DNA from: Thermodesulfobacteriota bacterium
Lineage (GTDB): Bacteria > Desulfobacterota > WTBG01 > JAGOGO01
Length of the DNA stretch: 64,000 nucleotides
Direction of reading: 5' to 3'
Assembly (NCBI GenBank): GCA_026625185.1
Contig: CP113000.1
Location: 2,043,124-2,107,123, forward strand
Below the pieces are notes generated by a model, which ran no database searches, was not told the DNA's origin, and was given only the letters and a program-made list of their open reading frames with translations. Every line of letters begins with the position of its first letter. Position 1 is the stretch's first letter. Shown one piece after another: positions 29,718 to 39,565 of this stretch. Made by a program: the position numbers and the translations under genes.

Positions 29718-31166
29718 ATGGTTGTTTTCAAGGGGCATACGATGATTTTAAACAAGATTAGTCTGCGTGCCCGGGTTTTTTTGAATTTAATAGTTTTGTT
29801 AGGTATAATATTAGGCGGCGGCCTGGTGATGATTTGGTATACCTATAGTATAGAGGCGCTCTTTACCAATCTCATTGATAAGGATGTAGGGGCACTTCGG
29901 GCAGCAGGAGCTTTAGAATTAAATTTAGCAAATCAAAAAGGATTAGTCTCTTTTTATTTTCTTGACAAAGATTCGAAATGGCTTAGCCAACTTAACCGAT
30001 ATCGCCGGAATTTTAAAACCGGGCTTTCTAAGGCAAAACAATACATTTTTAGTGACATTGATAAGGGGTATATTGACCAAATCGAGTCTGAATATAATAG
30101 CTACTTAAAGATTAAAGACCACGTGATTGAACTTTTCATGGCCCAGGAAAAGGAGGCGGCTTTAAAACTTAACCAGGATGCCCGGTTAGAATTCTTTAAA
30201 ATAATGGAGTTGCTCAATCAATATAAAACGTTCTGTGAGGCCAGAATAAATTCGGCCCAAAATGAGAGCCGCACCCAGGCAGAGCGTCTGCGGATTATTG
30301 CAGTGACTGCTATGTCGATAGCGGTAATTCTCAGTGTTACCTTAACCGTTTTCTTTATGACCAAGATCCTTGATCCGCTTCGAAAGCTGGCCTTAGAAAC
30401 CGACCGGTCAGGCGAGTGGGGGAAACCAGGAAATGAGGTGATGGCTCTCAGTCATCAGGTTCGGGGCATTATTAAAGACATGGAAAAATTCGCTTTAGTG
30501 GGTAATCTTGCTGCCGGGGTTGCTCACAGTATTCGAAATCCCCTTACTTCTGTGAAAATGCGCCTTTTCTCCTTGGAGCGCAACCTCGAACTTTCTCTCA
30601 CCCAAAAAGAAGATTTCGCAGTTGTTTCCGAGGAGATTCGTCATATTGACACTATTGTTCAGAATTTTCTTGAATTTTCACGTCCACCGAAACTCAAAAT
30701 GCAGATGGTGAGCCCTTCTGATATCGTGGACAATGCTCTCCAGCTTCTCCGTCACCGGGTCGAAGCTTATGAGGTGACCATTACCGTGAATCGACAAAAA
30801 AAACTACCGGAGATCCTGGCTGATCCGGAACAGTTAAAAGAGGTAATGGTTAATTTAATTGTCAATGCCTGTGAGGCTATGGTGAGTGGCGGTTCCATCA
30901 TGATTTCGGAGGAAGAGATTGAAAGGAAGGATTTGAGTAGAATCCTGGTGCTTACCCTGAGTGATAATGGGCCGGGCATTCCGACATCGATCCAGGAAAA
31001 AGTATTTCAACCTTTTTTTAGTTGTAAAGAAGAAGGTACCGGGCTAGGATTAACCATTGCCGAAAGGATTGTGACCGAACATGGAGGATGGCTGGATTTG
31101 CAATCCCGCGAAGGGGAAGGGGCAAGGTTCATCATTAACCTCCCGATAGCCAAAGGGGAACAATGA
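29718..31166 (+). CDS. Sensor histidine kinase (NtrB/AtoS-like: TM, sensor/HAMP, HisKA, HATPase_c)
   Basis: N-terminal TM helix and a second TM at about residue 200. H-box AAGVAHSIRNPL, N-box NLIVNACEAM, DNGPGI and GTGLGL. Confidence 0.75.
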   Translation: MVVFKGHTMILNKISLRARVFLNLIVLLGIILGGGLVMIWYTYSIEALFTNLIDKDVGALRAAGALELNLANQKGLVSFYFLDKDSKWLSQLNRYRRNFKTGLSKAKQYIFSDIDKGYIDQIESEYNSYLKIKDHVIELFMAQEKEAALKLNQDARLEFFKIMELLNQYKTFCEARINSAQNESRTQAERLRIIAVTAMSIAVILSVTLTVFFMTKILDPLRKLALETDRSGEWGKPGNEVMALSHQVRGIIKDMEKFALVGNLAAGVAHSIRNPLTSVKMRLFSLERNLELSLTQKEDFAVVSEEIRHIDTIVQNFLEFSRPPKLKMQMVSPSDIVDNALQLLRHRVEAYEVTITVNRQKKLPEILADPEQLKEVMVNLIVNACEAMVSGGSIMISEEEIERKDLSRILVLTLSDNGPGIPTSIQEKVFQPFFSCKEEGTGLGLTIAERIVTEHGGWLDLQSREGEGARFIINLPIAKGEQ

Positions 31167-32593
31167 GCAATATATTGATCGTTGACGATGATTTTAATTT
31201 GCGACAGAGTTTTGAAAAGATTCTGGCAGAAGAAGGTCATGTGGTCTTGTCTGCCTGTACGGGTGAAGCGGGAATTGAGGTGATTAAAAAACGTATCCCT
31301 GAATTGGTGATCATGGATATACGCCTGCCCGGGATGAATGGCCTGGAAGCGTTCCGGACAATTCGGGATATTGACTCTAAGATTCCGGTGATCGTTATGA
31401 CTGCCTTTGGGACCACGGAAACAGCGATTGAAGCTACCAAACTGGGGGCATTCGACTATATGCTCAAACCGTTTGAAATTCCCGCAATGCTTAATTTAAT
31501 TGATCAAGCGCTTGAGGCAGGGAAGTTTGTTCGTTCCAAAGTGGAGATGGATGGTTACCCAGCTCCCGGAGCTTCAGAGACTATCATCGGAAAACATCCT
31601 CTGATGCAGGATTTGTATAAAGCGATTGGCCGGGTGGCTTCAACTGATGCCACCGTTTTAATCCGCGGTGAATCAGGAACCGGAAAGGAGTTGGTTGCGC
31701 GCGCTGTTTACCAGCACAGCCTCCGGGTCAATAAACCTTTTTTGGTTATTAATTGTGTGGCCATACCGGAAACACTGCTCGAAAGTGAGCTTTTTGGGTA
31801 TGAAAAAGGAGCGTTCACCGGGGCGATAAATCGCCGGGTTGGGAAGATTGAACAGGCCCATGGTGGAACTCTGTTCCTTGATGAGATCGGCGATATGCCT
31901 TTAAGCATTCAGGCTAAAATATTGCGTCTTCTCCAAGAGCGAAGCATCGAACGTCTGGGGGGTCGAGAACCTATTCCGGTTGACGTTCGGATACTTGCTG
32001 CTACCAACAGGGATTTAGAGGCGGCTCTGACCGAGGGTCGTTTCCGGGAAGATCTTTATTATCGTCTTAAAGTGGTTACCCTGTGGCTCCCCCCGCTTCG
32101 TGATCGGAAAAGCGATGTTCCGTTGCTTGCGGAATATTTTCTTTCCCGGTTTGCCAAAGGAATGAAGATTAATAACTTAGGCTTGTCGGATGAGGTAAAA
32201 AACACTCTGACTAACTACCAGTGGCCGGGAAATGTTCGGGAGTTGAGCAATACCATTCAAAAAGCATTGATTTTTAATCGGGGGGGGCCGATCCGGCAGG
32301 AAGAAATCTCCCAGGCCCTTCATGGTGAGGGGATGAAAAAGGATGTCGCTGACCAATCAGCGATGGAGACGATTCGACAATGGGTGCGGCAAAACCTGGT
32401 TTCTGGCATGAATGAGAATATGTTTGATTATTGTATGGAGCACTTTGCGAGCGTCCTAATAAGCGAAGCTCTTTCGATCACGAGTGGTAATCGTGTCCGG
32501 GCGGCTAAAGTTCTCGGCCTTTCTCGTCCGACCCTCCAGTCTAAAATTGAAAAATATAAAATCAAAATCGAGACTTCAATAAAAAATAATTAA
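31163..32593 (+). CDS. Sigma-54-dependent response regulator (NtrC family: REC, AAA+ sigma-54 activator, Fis-type HTH)
   Basis: REC domain with DIRLPGMNG. Walker [15 protein letters not shown] motif (EKGAFTGA). C-terminal HTH with [15 protein letters not shown]. Confidence 0.85.
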   Translation: MSNILIVDDDFNLRQSFEKILAEEGHVVLSACTGEAGIEVIKKRIPELVIMDIRLPGMNGLEAFRTIRDIDSKIPVIVMTAFGTTETAIEATKLGAFDYMLKPFEIPAMLNLIDQALEAGKFVRSKVEMDGYPAPGASETIIGKHPLMQDLYKAIGRVASTDATVLIRGESGTGKELVARAVYQHSLRVNKPFLVINCVAIPETLLESELFGYEKGAFTGAINRRVGKIEQAHGGTLFLDEIGDMPLSIQAKILRLLQERSIERLGGREPIPVDVRILAATNRDLEAALTEGRFREDLYYRLKVVTLWLPPLRDRKSDVPLLAEYFLSRFAKGMKINNLGLSDEVKNTLTNYQWPGNVRELSNTIQKALIFNRGGPIRQEEISQALHGEGMKKDVADQSAMETIRQWVRQNLVSGMNENMFDYCMEHFASVLISEALSITSGNRVRAAKVLGLSRPTLQSKIEKYKIKIETSIKNN

Positions 32594-32774
32594 ACCTGTT
32601 TTGCAGTAAAGGATTAACCGAAAAAGGAATGAAGATAGAGGAGGTAAGATAAAAAAGAGGGAGGCTTCGTGTAAACGAGTGGGTTGATTTCATAAAACAA
32701 ACCCTTTGATCAAGCATGTCCTATGATCTGATCACTGGTTTAGAAGGACAGAGGATAGAACCTATCCTTCTCCC

Positions 32775-33175
32775 AGACAGTGTCATTCCCCGATTTAATC
32801 GGGGAATCCAGTTATTAACTCCTCATGCAAATCCTTCCAATTCGGATTTACCTTTTCAATAAAATCGATTTTCATGCGCGGTTATATTTTTTCAGTCTTT
32901 TCTCTCTTCTGATAGCATAAAATTGCTCATAATATATCAGCTTATCAACCCCATATCTTTCTGTAAATTATTCGACTAATTTATTCTTATGCTCCCATGC
33001 TTGCTTTATTAAGTTTGAAGTTACTCCTATATATAAAGTGCCATTCCGCTTGCTCTAAAATAGGTAGACATAAAAACCTTTTTCCATATAGCTCTGGATT
33101 ACCCGGTCAAGCCCGACAATGACTAATATCCTTATGCAGAATTACCCACTTGTTTACACGAAGATCCAAAATATA
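32775..33175 (+). repeat. Interspersed intergenic repeat, family 2, copy A. It is interrupted by an AT-rich insertion of about 204 bp at about 32878..33081.
   Basis: The flanks match 39566..39775. They include the 23-bp palindrome ATTCCCCGATTTAATCGGGGAAT, then CCAGTTATTAA..CAAATC(C/T)TTCCAATTCGGATTTACC(T/A)TTTCAATAAAATCGATTTTC, and after the insertion CATATAGCTCTGGATT...AATGACTAATATCC..TTACCCA(C/T)TTGTTTACACGAAGA. Confidence 0.5.
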
Positions 33176-33275
33176 AAGAAGACTACTTCCTGAACCCACC
33201 TGATTATCTCTTCGAAAAATCACAAATATCTTGACCCAATTTGTCTTATTTGGTAAATCAAAACCACACCAAATT

Positions 33276-33536
33276 GACGGCTTCGTAAAAAGTTCATCTG
33301 CGGCGTTCCGCTGCATCCCCTGCCCCGTTAAATGTTTGCTTCGAGAGGCAGAGAAGCTAACCTAAGGATTTCGGGTTCTGACTTACCGATCCCCAAAATT
33401 CATTATTTAACGGGGTGAATAATTGCGGCGTACAGGTAAGTAAGCCTCATTCCGTCGGATTTGCGCGCCTTGCATCTGAAGCTTTTTACTGTGCGTCTGA
33501 TTTTTGACTTTTTACGGATTCATCAAATTTCATAAA
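33276..33536 (+). repeat. Interspersed intergenic repeat, family 1, copy 2, upstream of ftsY. It carries an internal hairpin insertion of about 90 bp (CCCCGTTAAAT...ATTTAACGGGG) at about 33318..33410.
   Basis: Aligned by eye to 7283..7440. Confidence 0.5.
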
Positions 33537-33632
33537 AATATAAAAAGTAACGCCATGCTTTTGGCATGCTTGCACTAGTTTATTGAAAGAATGCTTCCAT
33601 GAGGCAATCGGCTTCATGACGCGGGAGGGTTA

Positions 33633-34655
33633 ATGGATAATAAATCGAAGTCAAAAGGTTTTTTGGGACGGTTTTCTTTTGGGAAAAAGGAGAACAATGC
33701 GGGAGAAAATAATAAAGAACATGACCAGGCCGGGAAGGAGAAGGCGGGTTTTTTTGAAAGGCTCAAATCAAGCCTCAGAAAAACTCATGAGATTCTGGTA
33801 ACTCCGGTTGATGAGCTGATTCTGGGCCGGAAAAAAATTGATGAAGATACTTTTGAAAGTCTTGAGGAAATTCTGCTTACCTCTGATGTGGGGCCGCAGA
33901 CGGCATTCAGTTTAATACAGAAAGTTCAGAAAAAGGTGGGCTATGGGGAATATGATAAAAAGAATCTCCTGCGGGAGTATTTAAAAGAAGAAATTCTTAC
34001 CATCCTGGCAGAGCGGCAGGATCCTCTCGATATTTCTCAGTCGAAACCCTTTGTCATCATGGCGATCGGGGTAAATGGATCTGGAAAGACCACCACCATT
34101 GCCAAGCTTGCTCATCAGATGCACTCTCAGGGAAAAAAAGTCCTTTTAGCGGCAGCAGACACCTTTCGGGCGGCAGGGATCGAACAGCTGGAGATATGGG
34201 GAGAAAGGGTGGGATGCGAAATGATAAAGCAGAAAAAAGGTTCCGACCCTTCAGCAGTTGCCTATGATGCGATCCATGCGGCCTTAGCCCGGAGTGTTGA
34301 TGTGCTGATTGTGGATACTGCGGGAAGGTTGCATACAAAAGTAAACCTGATGGAAGAACTCAAAAAGATAAAAAGGATTATGGGAAGGGAGTATCCGGGC
34401 TCTCCTCATGAGGTATTACTGGTGTTGGATTCTACTACCGGACAAAATGCGATTGCGCAAGCCACGATGTTTAAAGAAAACCTCGGCTACACGGGGATTG
34501 TGCTTACCAAACTCGATGGTTCGGCCAAGGGGGGGGTGATTGTAGGGATAAGTAATGAGCTTAAAATCCCCATCCGTTTTATCGGCATTGGGGAGAAGAT
34601 GGAAGATCTTCGGGAGTTTAATGCTCAGGAATTTGTGGAAGCGTTGTTTGAATAA
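33633..34655 (+). CDS. ftsY: Signal-recognition-particle receptor FtsY
   Basis: SRP54-type GTPase: GVNGSGKTTT, DTAGR, TKLDG. Acidic and basic N-terminal A-domain. Confidence 0.9.
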   Translation: MDNKSKSKGFLGRFSFGKKENNAGENNKEHDQAGKEKAGFFERLKSSLRKTHEILVTPVDELILGRKKIDEDTFESLEEILLTSDVGPQTAFSLIQKVQKKVGYGEYDKKNLLREYLKEEILTILAERQDPLDISQSKPFVIMAIGVNGSGKTTTIAKLAHQMHSQGKKVLLAAADTFRAAGIEQLEIWGERVGCEMIKQKKGSDPSAVAYDAIHAALARSVDVLIVDTAGRLHTKVNLMEELKKIKRIMGREYPGSPHEVLLVLDSTTGQNAIAQATMFKENLGYTGIVLTKLDGSAKGGVIVGISNELKIPIRFIGIGEKMEDLREFNAQEFVEALFE

Positions 34656-34657
34656 AC

Positions 34658-34760
34658 TTGACGGCTTCGTCAACCCCCTTAGAAAATTTTCTAATGGAAT
34701 TAAATGCCCCGGGTGAAATCTTTCTAACGGGGCGTCTGATTTTCGATTTTTCGCTGAAGA
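34658..34760 (+). repeat. Diverged partial copy of repeat family 1 immediately after the ftsY stop
   Basis: The 5' end shares GACGGCTTCGT and the 3' end shares CGTCTGATTTTCGA with the other copies. It begins with the palindrome TTGACGGCTTCGTCAA. Confidence 0.3.
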
Positions 34761-34923
34761 AGAGAAGTTAAATTAACTTTTTTTTCCTCTTGGATAATGG
34801 TATCTTTAAAAAATAAGGGTTTGGTAGGAGAGGTCAGGTGCAAGAGTCAGGGGCTAGGGGGATTATGGTAAGACGGTAAACTGATCTCAGGTAACTCACC
34901 TTTTTCGCAAAGGAGAGGAAAAC

Positions 34924-36354
34924 ATGAAGCCTAACGAAATACCTGAAAAAAACATCCGTCAGCCGGTGGTGGCCGGGTCATTTTACACTGCTGGTCCAAA
35001 AGCTTTAGCTCAAGAAATTAAGGGTTATTTTAATAATGTGCCGGCCGGTCAAATTATCTCGGAAAAACCGCTCGGCCTTATTTCTCCCCATGCAGGGTAC
35101 CTGTATTCAGGACAGGTTGCGGCTTTTGCTTATAAGCAAATAGAGGGAAGGCACTATGAAACGATCATGATACTCGCGCCGAGCCACCAAGTCTATTTTC
35201 CAGGAGCATCGGTTGATACAAAAGATGGATATCGCACTCCTTTAGGAGTTGTGCCGGTGGCAAAAGAGATCGTTAACCACATTTTTGGCAAAAGTCCCTT
35301 GATCACTCATTATCCTCAGGCTCACATCCAAGAGCATTCTTTAGAGGTTCAACTTCCTTTTCTACAAACGGTTCTCAAGGATTTTAAGCTCGTTCCGATA
35401 GTTATGGGAGACCAAGCTATTGAGACATGTGAGGCGGTTGCCCGAGCCTTAGCTGATGTTGTTAAAAACTATGATGTTTTGGTTGTTGCCAGCTCCGACC
35501 TTTCTCATTATCACCACCTAAATATAGCGCAAGATTTAGATCAGAAAGTAATAGACCGGATCAACGCTTTTGACTTCCAGGGGTTAGCGTCAGATTTGAA
35601 GCTTCATAAGACTGAGGCTTGCGGCGGTGGCCCAATCATCACCGCGTTACTTATTGCCCGACACCTCGGAGCAAACAAGGCCAAGGTAGTGAAGTATGCC
35701 AACTCCGGAGATGTCAGTGGAGACTATAGCGGTGTTGTGGGGTACGCTGCCGGGGTTATATACAAAGAAGACAAAAAGGGTGCCAAAAAACCGGGGGTGG
35801 GAAAAGTGGGTGTTGACCTGGGGTTGAATGAAAAAGAAAAAGAGCTTCTCCACCGGATCGTAAAGGAAACGATCAAAAACCATTTGGATGGCAAACCTAT
35901 CCCTGCTTTTCAAGTTGATTCCTCAACCTTACAAGAGCCGCGCGGCGCTTTTGTCTCGCTTCACAAGGAAGGTATGCTTCGGGGATGTATCGGGCATATC
36001 CGTGCTGACCATCCTCTCCATGAAACTATAAAAGACATGGCGGTTGCGGCAGCTTTTGAAGATCCCCGTTTTCCTCCCCTCAGTCGGAAAGAGTTTGACA
36101 AAATAGATATTGAAATTTCTGTGCTGACCCCTTTTAAAAGAATTACGGACATTAATGAAATTGAGGTGGGCCAACATGGGCTTTATATGGTAAAGGGTTT
36201 CTATTCCGGTCTTCTTCTCCCACAGGTGGCCACAGAATATGGGTGGGACAGGGTTACGTTTTTGGAACATACCTGCAATAAAGCGGGTCTATCCAAAGAT
36301 GCGTGGAAGGACAAGGACACGGAAATTTATCTTTTTTCAGCCGATGTATTTTAG
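34924..36354 (+). CDS. Fusion protein: Memo-like domain (AmmeMemoRadiSam system protein B) plus a C-terminal AMMECR1 domain (system protein A)
   Basis: The N-terminal ~275 aa is Memo1-like (PVVAGSFY, ISPHAGYLYSG, ILAPSH, HSLEVQLPFLQ). The C-terminal ~180 aa has the AMMECR1 signature RGAFVSLHKEGMLRGCIGHI. Confidence 0.7.
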   Translation: MKPNEIPEKNIRQPVVAGSFYTAGPKALAQEIKGYFNNVPAGQIISEKPLGLISPHAGYLYSGQVAAFAYKQIEGRHYETIMILAPSHQVYFPGASVDTKDGYRTPLGVVPVAKEIVNHIFGKSPLITHYPQAHIQEHSLEVQLPFLQTVLKDFKLVPIVMGDQAIETCEAVARALADVVKNYDVLVVASSDLSHYHHLNIAQDLDQKVIDRINAFDFQGLASDLKLHKTEACGGGPIITALLIARHLGANKAKVVKYANSGDVSGDYSGVVGYAAGVIYKEDKKGAKKPGVGKVGVDLGLNEKEKELLHRIVKETIKNHLDGKPIPAFQVDSSTLQEPRGAFVSLHKEGMLRGCIGHIRADHPLHETIKDMAVAAAFEDPRFPPLSRKEFDKIDIEISVLTPFKRITDINEIEVGQHGLYMVKGFYSGLLLPQVATEYGWDRVTFLEHTCNKAGLSKDAWKDKDTEIYLFSADVF

Positions 36355-36393
36355 GCTGGATATCACCCTCACGGCTTTAGGGGTGTAAGATTT

Positions 36394-37623
36394 ATGGAAT
36401 ATCCAAAGCTCAGAAATATTGAAGCGTTTCCCGTGAAAATGCAAGGGCAGGACCTCATCTGCTTTCGCGATCCTCAGAGGATTACCGAAAGCATTGTCTT
36501 CCTTCCCCGGAGCGCTTATTTTATAGTCAGCCTTTTTGACGGCGGACATTCTATCCTGGATATCCAAGCAAAGTATATGCGGATTTTTGGGGAACTCATT
36601 TACCGTGACCAGATCATTGAGGTAATGGAAAAGCTGGATCAGTCTTTACTGTTGGATAGTGATCGCTTTCGTGAATACCGAAATAAATTAGAAGAGGAAT
36701 CTTTTCAAACATCTATCCGTAAACCCATGCTTGCCGGAGGCGGGTATGAAAGTGTTCCTGAAAAATTATGCATGCAGATTGAGAGCTTTTATTTTTTGGA
36801 AGGAGGACCAGGACAAGGTCCGCACCCTCAGGTTTCAGTAAATGGCCTCCTGGGATTCATTGCGCCTCATATCGATTATATGCGGGGAGGTCACTGCTAT
36901 GCCTGGGCTTATAAGGAGGTAGCGGAACATTCCGACCATGATGTTTTTATACTTTTAGGCACCTCCCATCTGCCGACCCAAAAGTATTTTGTGCTTACCA
37001 AAAAAGACTTTGAAACCCCGTTTGGCATTCTCAAAACCGACCGGGATATTTTAAGCCGGCTGGAAAATGACGTGGGGAGAAATTTTTTTATTGATGAATT
37101 TGTTCATCGCAGCGAACACTCCCTCGAATTGCAAACAGTTTATCTTCACAATCTGTTTGGAAAGAACCCCAATCTGCGTATTGTCCCCATTCTCTGCGGA
37201 TCTTTTTATGAAATTATTTCCCGTGGTGGTCATCCCCGCGAAAGCGAGGAGCTCAATGGTTTTATTGAGGCTTTGGGCAAGACAATTTGCGACGATGGCC
37301 GGAAGATATGCCTTGTGGCCAGTGCCGACCTGGCGCATGTAGGGCGACAGTTTGGACATCAGTTTGTGGTATCTGAGTCTGTTATGGCGGATATTAAGAG
37401 GAAAGACATGGAGATGTTGAATTGGGTTCTAAAGGGTGATGCTGATGGATTTTTCAATTACATCTTAAAAGAACGTGATCAGCGGAATATCTGTGGGCTT
37501 CCACCGATTTATGCTCTTCTGCGTCTCCTCGAAAACAGTGAAGGAAAACTCCTCAATTATAGCCAATGGAAGGACCCTGCCGGCAATGGCGCGGTTACTT
37601 TTGCCAGTATTGTTTTTCATTAG
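36394..37623 (+). CDS. Second Memo-like (MEMO1 family) protein with a ~140-aa N-terminal extension of unknown function
   Basis: FIAPHIDYMRGG, ILLGTSH, HSLELQTVYL, ASADLAHVG. The Memo dioxygenase-like motif order is present. Confidence 0.6.
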   Translation: MEYPKLRNIEAFPVKMQGQDLICFRDPQRITESIVFLPRSAYFIVSLFDGGHSILDIQAKYMRIFGELIYRDQIIEVMEKLDQSLLLDSDRFREYRNKLEEESFQTSIRKPMLAGGGYESVPEKLCMQIESFYFLEGGPGQGPHPQVSVNGLLGFIAPHIDYMRGGHCYAWAYKEVAEHSDHDVFILLGTSHLPTQKYFVLTKKDFETPFGILKTDRDILSRLENDVGRNFFIDEFVHRSEHSLELQTVYLHNLFGKNPNLRIVPILCGSFYEIISRGGHPRESEELNGFIEALGKTICDDGRKICLVASADLAHVGRQFGHQFVVSESVMADIKRKDMEMLNWVLKGDADGFFNYILKERDQRNICGLPPIYALLRLLENSEGKLLNYSQWKDPAGNGAVTFASIVFH

Positions 37624-37688
37624 AGAAGGTTTAACCGGCGCAAGCAAGAAAATGTAAGGGTGTATTTGTCTGCCATGGGAGAAGTTTT

Positions 37689-39011
37689 TCAGAGACAGCG
37701 GCGTTGCTCTGCTTTAAATATCTTATAATATGAGGCCATATCTTTACCGACCACTATTTTGACCTTAATATTTCGGTTTTTAAACCCAGTAACCTTAACC
37801 ACATCCTGGCGTTGGGGTATTTGTTTAGCCAAAGAGTAAGCATCCTGAAGATACCCGTCACAATAATAAATGGTTGTTTTCAGGTTATTGAACCGGGGTT
37901 CGTTTTTCAAAGAGGAAACTTTAAAACCTTTTTTGCCTAAATAAAAGGCCACACTTCGGGCAAAATGCCTAATCCCATTTCCATTCGAGACTTCTATACC
38001 TTTTGGCACCACCGGTAGCTTCTGTAAAAGCGGACGGTTATCGGATAAGGTTTTTGCTTTTATAGCTGAAGATGACGGCCGGGTTGATGCTCCAATATTT
38101 TTAGAAAACAGTACGTCTTTAGTCTTGTCTTTAGGCTTTCCACAGTACTTTTTCTGTTCCGAGAGGAGGTTGCCTGATGGAGAAGCCACAAGTTTTTCTT
38201 CATGGATACTTTTATCAATCGGCGCATCTTGCGAAAGCTTTTCTTCATTATTCTCATTATTATTATTCGGAGGAAAATTCTTCGCCACTAAAGTTTTATT
38301 GGGGTAAAGATTTGGGTTTTGATTAAACAGGTCAGCCATGTAACGACGCGCTTTTTCTTCATTGCCGGCGCTTTTAAACTCGTTAAACGCAAGCTCATAT
38401 TTCCCTTGCTGGCCGTAAGCCAGACCCAGGTTATTATGGTATTGCCGGTTTTCTTTATCGAGGGCGACTGCTTGCTGAAAGGCGTTAACCGCGGAATCGA
38501 GTTTCTTTTGGAGCAGGTAAGAGTACCCGAGATTATTGTAGATATAAGCAAGGTTTGGGTTTAAACGCAAAGCCCCTTCATAGGCGTTAACTGCCCGGGG
38601 AAACTCTCCCAATAAATCGTATGAGACTCCGAGCCCATTGTAGGCCTTCACATATCCCGGATCATTCTGAAGGGTTTTTTTAAACTCTTTGATGGCGAGC
38701 TGGTGTTTTTTTCTTTCCTGGTAGAAACAAGCGAGGCGGTAATGCGACTCGGCATCATTGTTGGTGGGTTTTATGGTGCGCGTGAATTCTTCTATCTTTT
38801 TATCGGTGAGAGCATACTGGGATTTTTCCTTGTCCTGGAACGGCAACCAGCTTACCATCTTTTTCCATGGAGAACACCCGGCAAGAAAACACAACAAAAA
38901 GACCCCGATAGCGCCTCTTAACATTGCAGAGTTTATTTTTTTTCTCATTTCTCCCTCCTTTGCCAAAAAGCGAAAAGCTTTTTCCCTAATCCCCGGGTTC
39001 CACCCAGACAA
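37689..39011 (-). CDS. TPR-repeat lipoprotein with a C-terminal LytR_C-like domain
   Basis: Lipobox LLCFLAGCS. Six or more TPR units (AIKEFKKTLQNDPGYVKAYNGLGVSY...). The C-terminus (GNGIRHFARSVAFYLGKKGFKV..TTIYYCDG) is LytR_C-like. Confidence 0.55.
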   Translation of the reverse strand: MSGWNPGIREKAFRFLAKEGEMRKKINSAMLRGAIGVFLLCFLAGCSPWKKMVSWLPFQDKEKSQYALTDKKIEEFTRTIKPTNNDAESHYRLACFYQERKKHQLAIKEFKKTLQNDPGYVKAYNGLGVSYDLLGEFPRAVNAYEGALRLNPNLAYIYNNLGYSYLLQKKLDSAVNAFQQAVALDKENRQYHNNLGLAYGQQGKYELAFNEFKSAGNEEKARRYMADLFNQNPNLYPNKTLVAKNFPPNNNNENNEEKLSQDAPIDKSIHEEKLVASPSGNLLSEQKKYCGKPKDKTKDVLFSKNIGASTRPSSSAIKAKTLSDNRPLLQKLPVVPKGIEVSNGNGIRHFARSVAFYLGKKGFKVSSLKNEPRFNNLKTTIYYCDGYLQDAYSLAKQIPQRQDVVKVTGFKNRNIKVKIVVGKDMASYYKIFKAEQRRCL

Positions 39012-39228
39012 TATGGTTTTTGTTTATCATGACCACCCTCTCCGGGGAATCCCGAAAAACCACATCAACCAATACGACGAATTGTTCACAGGGAGTTTTA
39101 AAAAGGTCCGATATTCTTTTATTATGGCCTAAATTTATTTTTCCCGCAAAGGTTGAGCCATCTGTAGTTCGGATAGTAACTCCTCGGTACTCCCTCATCC
39201 AAGTATCGGAATCTTTAAATTCTTCCAC
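38986..39228 (-). CDS. Hypothetical 80-aa protein
   Basis: Its 26-bp end overlaps the start of the TPR gene. No recognisable family, so it may be spurious. Confidence 0.25.
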   Translation of the reverse strand: MEEFKDSDTWMREYRGVTIRTTDGSTFAGKINLGHNKRISDLFKTPCEQFVVLVDVVFRDSPERVVMINKNHIVWVEPGD

Positions 39229-39565
39229 CTCCTCGCCCCCTTTCTGATGAATACCTCCAGCGAATAATTTAAAAAAACAGTCTAAACCCTAACCCCCTAT
39301 AACCAAAAGGTTAAATGATCCTAAGAACAAATCCGGGCGTCTTGCCGGGCTTTTTTGCAATAAGAGAATCAGTGCTTCACAGAATGAGCAACGAGTCGAA
39401 AGGAATGAAGGTAAAATTTAATTTTTTCTCATTATATTACTAATTTCATATAAATAAAAGCTTTTTTTAACCGATATTCTAGGAAGTTTGGAGAAAAAGT
39501 TTGTCTTTACCCTTTTATTGACCAATTTAAGTAATTTTGCTAATAAAAATAGTAATTTCCCGCAC

